In this document: in pieces, positions 57,443 through 64,000 of the stretch
Position numbering within the stretch: the first letter of the stretch is position 1
Layout: every line of letters begins with the position of its first letter
IMG/VR virus record: IMGVR_UViG_3300025436_000002
Location: 1-64,000 of that record
Source of the DNA: a virus
Length of the DNA: 64,000 bases
Strand: one strand, 5' to 3'
The notes under the pieces: model-generated
Database searches by the model: none
What the model saw: the letters and a program-made list of their open reading frames with translations, nothing else
What the model was told of the DNA's origin: nothing
Position numbers and translations under genes: made by a program

Positions 57443-58081
57443 ATGAATGTTAATAGATCATGTCGAATACTTGACAAAAGAACTGGAGCTAACTATTTCG
57501 GAATGATAGATACTGAATTTGAAGGTTTAGATTTCTACCATTTAGTAGAGATTTCAAATAATGGTAAAAACTATGCCTTTAAGAACGGCATGATCGTAGA
57601 GAGTGTTTTAGACATGCCCGCAATAAGACAGCAAGGGATAGACTATCTAACAAAGAGGGTACTAGAACATAAGGCTGTAGAATTTATAATTCCTATAAAT
57701 ACAGCAGATAATAAAGTTATAAACATAGCTACTGATTTAAAGGATACTACCCTAGGTCAATGGCTTATTGTAAAGAATAAAATACCTAAAGACTTAAAAG
57801 ATGTAGATGGGAATGTTATAGCTACTAATGTAAGATATGTACAAGTGTTAAATAAAGATACACTTATGCAAGAGTTCGTACCATTAACAGAGGAAGAGAT
57901 ATTAAGACTTAATACATTCTTAACAAACTCGGTTGATGTGCTAACTTGTACTATAATAAACTTAACTAATTCAATACTGACAGCTCCAGATGAATTAGTA
58001 GCTAGGGTCTATAATATGACTGATGCAGAGAAAGAAGCACACATACTATATCTTATAGAAGTCAATACACCTACTTTTTAG
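57443..58081 (+). CDS. Possible tail fibre assembly protein
   Basis: Directly follows fibre gene, GAGGAG RBS, then a terminator. Confidence 0.45.
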   Translation: MNVNRSCRILDKRTGANYFGMIDTEFEGLDFYHLVEISNNGKNYAFKNGMIVESVLDMPAIRQQGIDYLTKRVLEHKAVEFIIPINTADNKVINIATDLKDTTLGQWLIVKNKIPKDLKDVDGNVIATNVRYVQVLNKDTLMQEFVPLTEEEILRLNTFLTNSVDVLTCTIINLTNSILTAPDELVARVYNMTDAEKEAHILYLIEVNTPTF

Positions 58082-58105
58082 AACTTCCCTCCAACACCCT
58101 TCTTT

Positions 58106-58134
58106 GAGCTTCATGAAAATGAGGCTCTTTTTTT
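58106..58134 (+). terminator. Intrinsic terminator ending the structural region
   Basis: GAGCTTCAT-GAAA-ATGAGGCTC followed by a T run. Confidence 0.85.
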
Positions 58135-58181
58135 ATTGCAAGACTATTGACTTTATAATAGACATGTGTTATAGTAATAAT

Positions 58182-58235
58182 GTGTTTCAAAAATTTGTCA
58201 TTTGTATCCTCCCTTAAATAAGGAGGATTTTTTTT
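58182..58235 (+). ncRNA. Candidate sRNA A (about 55 nt)
   Basis: Promoter TTGACT-17-TATAGT (58147-58175); terminator ATCCTCC/GGAGGAT plus T run; no ORF. Confidence 0.55.
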
Positions 58236-58276
58236 ATCCTATTGACATAGTAATTAATATATGCTATAATGATACT

Positions 58277-58350
58277 ATAGGTATTGACGAGTACTTTGTC
58301 TCCTAGTCAACTCTACTTACATAACTCTCTCCTGACGAGGGGAGTTTTTC
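58277..58350 (+). ncRNA. Candidate sRNA B (about 75 nt)
   Basis: Promoter TTGACA-17-TATAAT (58242-58270); 5' hairpin TTGAC/GTCAA; terminator-like hairpin plus T run. Confidence 0.55.
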
Positions 58351-58418
58351 TCTATATATTGACTTTAAGGTTTAAGTATGATAATATATTGTTATGTCAC
58401 AGTAAAAGGAGTATAACT

Positions 58419-58772
58419 ATGTTTTTCCCAGAGATAATTTTAGAAGAGGAAGACATTCAATATCTGTTACAAGAAGATGTATTTCAAGGTAGACTGTTAG
58501 ATAAGGAGAGTGGAACTAGCTATTATAGATTAAATCCTAGAAAGTTTGATCGTCTTATAGATATAGTCTATGACAGTAATCTTTTTGGGGATTCTGATAA
58601 GAACATGATAGAGTTCAACTTAAGAACAGTTGTTAAAATATTCACGAGTATTATCCAAAGAAAGGATAGTCTCATGATAACTAATGCCATCCTGAGTTAC
58701 TATCTTATAAATAAGGAGAATGCCATGACTCTCATGACATATCTAAGGGGTGACTTAAAGGATGGGGAATAA
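58419..58772 (+). CDS. Hypothetical protein
   Basis: AAGGAG RBS and promoter 58359-58387 favour ATG 58419 over 58284. Confidence 0.6.
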   Translation: MFFPEIILEEEDIQYLLQEDVFQGRLLDKESGTSYYRLNPRKFDRLIDIVYDSNLFGDSDKNMIEFNLRTVVKIFTSIIQRKDSLMITNAILSYYLINKENAMTLMTYLRGDLKDGE

Positions 58773-59679
58773 AGATTTATTGATACTTATAGACTACTCT
58801 TGGCTACTGAATCGTTGTCATTGGGGGTATTCAAAACATCCGTCTTGTCATATTAACATAGAAGGTGAGAAAGTTTACATAGGTTCCATACTGGGACTAT
58901 CCTTATTTACTGAAAAAGTATCTAAGAAATATCCAGAAGCTAAGATAGTATTTATCATGGACGGAAAGTGTACTAAGAAAACATTAAACGAAGACTACAA
59001 AGCTGGGAGGGTTAAGAAGGAAGATGTCCATGTTAATGATAAGGAGATAATTAACATACTAAGTAACGTACCTAAAGTATATTTTGCTATCAATGATAAA
59101 CAGGAGGCTGATGATCTTATTGCAAGCATGGCATATAAATTTAAAGATACATTTAAGGAAGTTATCATACACTCAGGGGATTGTGATTTCTGGCAATTGA
59201 GTGATACTTTTACAGTATCGAAAGAGTATGAAAAAGGATTTAAGAAAATAAAACCTATAGATGTTTTAAATAAGTTTGGAGTTGATACCCAATCCCTACT
59301 AGCCTTTAGGGTACTGGATGGCGACTCATCTGACAATTTACCTAAACCCGTATCTAGGGTAAAAACTGAGTTTAAAGTAGAGATATCGGATAAATGGAAA
59401 GACGATTTGACTATTGATAACTTTACTGAAATAATGTATTCTTATAGAGGGACTCCAAATGAGAAGATAGCAGATAAGTATCTAGAAGCCATCGATACAG
59501 TAGAGACAAACTTATTGATTATGGATTTGAAAAAATATTCTAATCCAGAACTTCAGCTAAGTTATAACATGACTCGGATTAAAAATCCAGATAGATCTTT
59601 GATATCCTACTATAAGCTCTCACAGTTAGAAGGCTACATGTACGATTTAAGTAGAAAAAAGGAGACTAGTATTGGTTAA
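58762..59679 (+). CDS. 5'-3' exonuclease / flap endonuclease (T4 RNase H, T5 D15 family)
   Basis: LILIDYS, YKAGR, EADDLIA, SGDCDFWQL, LDGDSSDNLP. Confidence 0.9.
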   Translation: MGNKDLLILIDYSWLLNRCHWGYSKHPSCHINIEGEKVYIGSILGLSLFTEKVSKKYPEAKIVFIMDGKCTKKTLNEDYKAGRVKKEDVHVNDKEIINILSNVPKVYFAINDKQEADDLIASMAYKFKDTFKEVIIHSGDCDFWQLSDTFTVSKEYEKGFKKIKPIDVLNKFGVDTQSLLAFRVLDGDSSDNLPKPVSRVKTEFKVEISDKWKDDLTIDNFTEIMYSYRGTPNEKIADKYLEAIDTVETNLLIMDLKKYSNPELQLSYNMTRIKNPDRSLISYYKLSQLEGYMYDLSRKKETSIG

Positions 59680-60229
59680 TATAGGTTTATACTCCCCTTC
59701 AATGCAATCTGGGAAAACTACTACGGCAGACTATCTTATGGCTTTTTACGGATATAAGAGAATAGTATTAGCTAAGACTCTTAAAAAAATGACAGAGGCT
59801 TTCATAAGAGGGCTAGGATATAGCGAAGATATGATTCAGAGAATGGTTTACGGAGATTTAAAAGAAACAGTTATACTCGAGATAGGAAAGACTCCTAGGT
59901 ATCTACAACAAACGATCGGAACTCAGTGGGGGCGGGCTTATATAGGGGATTCAGTGTGGTTGGATATAGGTACTAACAATCTGGATAAAAATATAAATCA
60001 TATTTGTGAGGATGTTAGATTCCTAAACGAAGCAGATACTTTTAGAGAAAAAGGATTTAAGCTTATAAAGATAGTAAGACCTAGTGCTGTAATCACAGAA
60101 GAACATGAGTCAGAAGGCAAACTAAATGATTACCCATGGGACTACACTATCATAAATGATGGAACGATTGAAGATTTTTATGGTAAGATAGATAGAATAA
60201 TGAAGGAGATTACAAATGAAAATCAATAA
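59672..60229 (+). CDS. Deoxynucleoside monophosphate kinase
   Basis: SGKTTTADYL, TPRYLQQTIGTQWGR, EDVRFLNE, HESE. Confidence 0.9.
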   Translation: MVNIGLYSPSMQSGKTTTADYLMAFYGYKRIVLAKTLKKMTEAFIRGLGYSEDMIQRMVYGDLKETVILEIGKTPRYLQQTIGTQWGRAYIGDSVWLDIGTNNLDKNINHICEDVRFLNEADTFREKGFKLIKIVRPSAVITEEHESEGKLNDYPWDYTIINDGTIEDFYGKIDRIMKEITNENQ

Positions 60230-60485
60230 CAACAACTTAGGTGAAAGAAGTTTAGCTCAAAGTAATGAAGTACTTTTAGAGCATTATACTAAAATAAGAG
60301 ATTTGGATCCTATTAGGTTGGTAGAGTATGGGTACAAGACTTATATATTTTATAAACGTGGAATAACTACTTACGGATATATGCACCTAGAAGGCAATCG
60401 AATTCAAGAGAGTTTTAAAATAGGGAAGAAGGATGTGCACACTAAAGGTATGACATCTAGTAGTCCTAGAAATGTAACTGAATGA
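60216..60485 (+). CDS. Hypothetical protein
   Basis: AAGGAG RBS, overlaps kinase end. Confidence 0.5.
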   Translation: MKINNNNLGERSLAQSNEVLLEHYTKIRDLDPIRLVEYGYKTYIFYKRGITTYGYMHLEGNRIQESFKIGKKDVHTKGMTSSSPRNVTE

Positions 60486-60537
60486 TATGAAGATGTCTTG
60501 AGGAGATTGACTGAACTTAAGTTACAGGAGTTTAGGA

Positions 60538-60678
60538 ATGGATAGGGATGGAATAGAGCTTAATTATCTAAGAAAGAAATTAAGCATGCTCGAAGAAGAA
60601 CTTAGACTTAAAGAAAAAGATTCAAAGAGAGTATTCAACAAGATACAAGAGTTGATAATGGAGATAGTAGGGAGGTAG
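60538..60678 (+). CDS. 46-aa coiled-coil protein (not in ORF track)
   Basis: AGGAG RBS; MDRDGIELNYLRKKLSMLEEELRLKEK... Confidence 0.5.
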   Translation: MDRDGIELNYLRKKLSMLEEELRLKEKDSKRVFNKIQELIMEIVGR

Positions 60679-60685
60679 TCAATCT

Positions 60686-61123
60686 TTGGTAAATAAAAAA
60701 GAAAAGTGTATAATAGTAGACTTTGATGGTACTTTGAGTGACTATAAATCTCGTGCTAAATGGAGAGATATTAATTTTCAAAAGTATATAGATCTCAGCT
60801 ATACAGACGTGCCTAATAAACCTGTGTTAGAAATCATGGAGAAATTCATGCTTAGTCATAGGATAGTTATACTTTCAGCCCGTCCTGAGTCAGCAAGGCA
60901 GGAGACAGAAGACTGGTTAGTTAGATATAGAATATACTATGACAAACTCATTCTTAAGAAGACAGGAGACGATCGAGAAGATAGTGTAATAAAACTGGAA
61001 CTAATTCAAAAAAGTATAATCCCAAACTTCGACATACTCTTTGCCATTGAAGATAGGATCTCAGTAGTCAATTTATTCAGAGAGAATGGCATATTTACCC
61101 TACATTGTGGAGAGGGATACTAG
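60686..61123 (+). CDS. HAD-family phosphatase (polynucleotide kinase 3'-phosphatase-like domain)
   Basis: IIVDFDGTL, LSARPE, DSVIK, AIEDR. Confidence 0.85.
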   Translation: MVNKKEKCIIVDFDGTLSDYKSRAKWRDINFQKYIDLSYTDVPNKPVLEIMEKFMLSHRIVILSARPESARQETEDWLVRYRIYYDKLILKKTGDDREDSVIKLELIQKSIIPNFDILFAIEDRISVVNLFRENGIFTLHCGEGY

Positions 61124-61139
61124 AAAGAATGAGAATAGA

Positions 61140-62600
61140 ATGTTAAAGTTAATAGATAGTATCACACTAAGAGACTATCAAGAGGACGCTATAAACTTCT
61201 CTACGAGTAGACCTGCATCCCTGATAAGCTTGTCTACAGGCACTGGAAAATCAATCTGTTTTATAAAATCCGCAATAGATTTGTTGAATAGGGGAGATGT
61301 TAAGAAAGCAATTGTATTTGGAACAAAGTCATCATGCCTAGAACTACATGATGAAATGCAAAGTAAAATAGAGTATGACGATGGAAGCTCATTTAAGCCT
61401 CTTCTAATATCTAGTGACGAGAGTCTTGAAGGTTTCTTTACAAATCCTGAGGAAGATGTTGCAATCATACAATATGAGAAGTTAACCTCTTTAGATTTGA
61501 GGACGTTGTTTAAAGGATTGAATAAATATCCCACAGCAGTCTACTGTGATGAATCACAACGTCTAAAAACGCCTACTGCGATGCTTACAAAGTGTTTTGT
61601 AGCTATAAGAAAACCTATAAAATATTTAACATTCTTAACAGCTACCCCCATTATGTCAAAATTAATTGATTTATTCTATCAAGTTCAGATACTTGACTCT
61701 AAAATCTTTAAGAATAGAACAGTATTTTCCTCAACATTTATAGAAGAGAAGATGGTTAAAAATTGGAAAACTGGAAGACAGTACCCCGAGATAGTAGGGT
61801 ACAAAAATTTAGAGCTCATGCGTGAGAAGATAAAACCCATATGTTTTGACTACTACCCTAAACAGGATACTGAGTACCTTGTCCATAAGTGTACTTTAAG
61901 TAATCCAAATGACTACATGACAGCTTCAGAAGGATTACTTAACTCAAAGGATGCTAAAACACACGGAGCAAGATTAGTAGATTTACAACATACTGTAGAT
62001 AAAGATAGGTCGAAGATTAAACTATACTTAGAAACTATAAAACCCTATCTTAAGACAGGACTTTTAACGTACGTACATTACCATGAAACTATGGACATGT
62101 TATCTAAGATATTTGATAAGTTGAATATAGATCATAGGAAGATAAATGGAACTGTTAGTACAAAGGAAAGACGTGAGATTAAAGAATGGTTTAACTCCGA
62201 CCCTTCCAATAAAGTATTACTGATAAGTGCAGCAGGCTCGACCTCACTTAATTTGCAGAGCGTGAATAACTTATTTTTCTATAACGTACCTCAAGGAATT
62301 GGAGCATTTTTACAAGCTAGGGGACGCATAGTCCGTTTGTTTAGCAAGCATCCTAATTTTAAGATACATTTTATAACAACTGAAATAGAACTAGGCGGGA
62401 AGTTAGTAGGAACAGTAGATGCCTACAAATATGAACTGGTATCCTCCTATAAACAACTCACAAACACGATACTTGAGGCTGATGAAATCCCAGAAGGCGA
62501 CCTCAAAAGTTTTAACAAAAATTTAATGGACAAAATTAGGAAGGCTAATCTTTGGGATGCTGGAACTAAGGGTAAGAAAGCTTTCAAAGGATTTGAGTAG
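61140..62600 (+). CDS. Superfamily 2 (SNF2-like) helicase
   Basis: LRDYQ, TGTGKS, CDESQ, TATP, LNLQ, QARGRIVR. Confidence 0.85.
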   Translation: MLKLIDSITLRDYQEDAINFSTSRPASLISLSTGTGKSICFIKSAIDLLNRGDVKKAIVFGTKSSCLELHDEMQSKIEYDDGSSFKPLLISSDESLEGFFTNPEEDVAIIQYEKLTSLDLRTLFKGLNKYPTAVYCDESQRLKTPTAMLTKCFVAIRKPIKYLTFLTATPIMSKLIDLFYQVQILDSKIFKNRTVFSSTFIEEKMVKNWKTGRQYPEIVGYKNLELMREKIKPICFDYYPKQDTEYLVHKCTLSNPNDYMTASEGLLNSKDAKTHGARLVDLQHTVDKDRSKIKLYLETIKPYLKTGLLTYVHYHETMDMLSKIFDKLNIDHRKINGTVSTKERREIKEWFNSDPSNKVLLISAAGSTSLNLQSVNNLFFYNVPQGIGAFLQARGRIVRLFSKHPNFKIHFITTEIELGGKLVGTVDAYKYELVSSYKQLTNTILEADEIPEGDLKSFNKNLMDKIRKANLWDAGTKGKKAFKGFE

Positions 62601-62668
62601 AAATAACTTAAAGCACTTGACTTATTAAGATACGTATGTTATAATTCCTTACATAGGAGAAGGTAAAT

Positions 62669-63277
62669 ATGAATAATAACAGAAAGCTTAGAGAGACACC
62701 CGAAAATTATAAGATTAAAAGTTGTAGGGGCATATTAAAGCCTTATGATAAATTTATGGGTAAGATAACCCTTGAAGAATTTAATAAGTTCAAAGAAGCC
62801 ATCCCTAAGATAGATAATTTTATAATATACGGAAACGCCGATACACTTAATAAAGCAGGGATGCATATTATAAATCTTTGGTCAGGTTGTAGTAGAGAAC
62901 CTTTGAAATATACATTCGAGCAATTAGCAGAAGGTCTATTTTCTAAGAAATACGAGATATCAAGTGGTTTTTCAAATCCTCTACATCCTCTATTACTTAT
63001 CTACGTGAACTTAAACACTTCTCATTTGGGAAATGATAAACACATGACTTCAGTATTCCATAATAGATATGCAAATGGAAACAAAACAATAGTCCTCTGT
63101 GAGTTAAGAAATGCCTTGCCTTTTGTAAGAACTATCCCTTTTATGAAAGCTATTGATCTTTTCGAGGATAGTCCAAATACCGTAAGAAACGAGGATATGT
63201 CTTTAGAAACAAAAGAAGTATCCTTAGAAACTAGAACAACCTCGACTCAAGGTGATGGGTTTGTGCATGATGCATGA
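62669..63277 (+). CDS. Hypothetical protein, possible degenerate DnaC/IstB-like loader
   Basis: FIIYGN...VFHNRYANGNKTIVLCE; precedes DnaB; promoter 62617-62645. Confidence 0.35.
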   Translation: MNNNRKLRETPENYKIKSCRGILKPYDKFMGKITLEEFNKFKEAIPKIDNFIIYGNADTLNKAGMHIINLWSGCSREPLKYTFEQLAEGLFSKKYEISSGFSNPLHPLLLIYVNLNTSHLGNDKHMTSVFHNRYANGNKTIVLCELRNALPFVRTIPFMKAIDLFEDSPNTVRNEDMSLETKEVSLETRTTSTQGDGFVHDA

Positions 63278-63311
63278 TGATTATTAGTTATTTATAAGGG
63301 TATATTAATAT

Positions 63312-64000
63312 ATGAGTAATTTAGATAATAGAATATTTAATGCAGAAGAGCTTACTAAACTAGCTACTTTAGTTCTATCTAGTTTAGATAAAGTACACTC
63401 TCTTGATTCTATAAAAGAAACTATCACTTTGTTAGATTCTTCGCCTATTACATGGATGAGGGTTATCTTTGAAGACGCTATTTCTTTTCATAAAGAAGAA
63501 GGCAGGTTTCCAGATGCAGTTTACTTAGAAGCCAAACATCCGAATAAATTTTATGATCCAGAAATGCCCTATAGCCCTGATATATTTATACAGCTTACGA
63601 ACCAGCTTAAGAAACATAAACAACTTAAACAAATAATGGAGGCTATTAATAATCAGGATTTAGACGCAGTTCAGGATATTGTATCAGGAAACATAAAATG
63701 TAGAAATAAAAACCCTATAACAATAGACAGCGTTATATCTGGATATGCAGCAGCTAAACTAGCTCCTAAGGGCTTAAAGTTTGGAATACCTGACTTGGAT
63801 AGGTATACTAAGGGGCTAGACTACGGAACCTTAAATGTAGTAGCAGCACCTGTCGGAAGATTTAAAACTACATTTGCCCTGTCTATAGCTTACCGTGCTG
63901 CCGTAAAAGAAGGCAAAAAGGTACTGTATATAACCTTAGAAGTAACTACAATGAGGATATTTTATAATTTGATTGCTAGACATGCTCATGAGATAGGTTA
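63312..64000 (+). CDS. DnaB-like replicative helicase (truncated by window end)
   Basis: FGIPDLDRYTKGLDYGTLNVVAAPVGRFKTTFAL...VLYITLEV. Confidence 0.85.
   Translation, partial: MSNLDNRIFNAEELTKLATLVLSSLDKVHSLDSIKETITLLDSSPITWMRVIFEDAISFHKEEGRFPDAVYLEAKHPNKFYDPEMPYSPDIFIQLTNQLKKHKQLKQIMEAINNQDLDAVQDIVSGNIKCRNKNPITIDSVISGYAAAKLAPKGLKFGIPDLDRYTKGLDYGTLNVVAAPVGRFKTTFALSIAYRAAVKEGKKVLYITLEVTTMRIFYNLIARHAHEIG

Noticed and set aside
58284-58418. N-terminal extension of the 58284 ORF
   Set aside because: Crosses a terminator-like hairpin and a promoter; ATG 58419 has the RBS
56-61534. Many short minus-strand ORFs in the track
   Set aside because: Antisense shadows of long + strand genes, without RBS or promoter; only 2024-2215 and 2196-2843 are supported
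1-64000. Stop-codon reassignment
   Set aside because: Genes are full length in the standard code and TAA, TAG and TGA all end genes at sensible boundaries

Overview
AT-rich, almost entirely + strand segment of a large T4-like (contractile-tailed) bacteriophage with a bacterial host, judged from the sigma70-type promoters and AGGAG ribosome binding sites. It holds a nearly complete morphogenesis region: TerS, TerL with two inteins, portal, core proteins, a protease-scaffold fusion, major capsid, neck, sheath, tube, tape measure, baseplate and an Asp-box tail fibre. It also has six free-standing homing endonucleases, a Toprim/sigma-like regulatory cluster and the start of a replication module (5'-3' exonuclease, dNMP kinase, HAD phosphatase, SF2 helicase, DnaB). 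Two promoter classes are visible: 14 TTGACA-17-TGnTATAAT-like sites and 18 copies of a single-box TTTATATTWTA motif before virion genes. The least explained structures are: (i) a promoter-driven, ORF-free structured region of about 0.6 kb with an exact 63-bp direct repeat upstream of the primase-like gene; (ii) an orphan, synonymously diverged copy of a beta-propeller gene's last 14 codons behind the portal gene, joined in frame by an 8-bp repeat; (iii) two tandem promoter-terminator sRNA units carrying anti-RBS sequences; (iv) a family of small late proteins sharing a putative capsid-targeting leader; (v) a candidate +1 frameshift CCC-TTT-CGT before the tape measure gene. All product calls come from motif recognition by eye; no searches were run.
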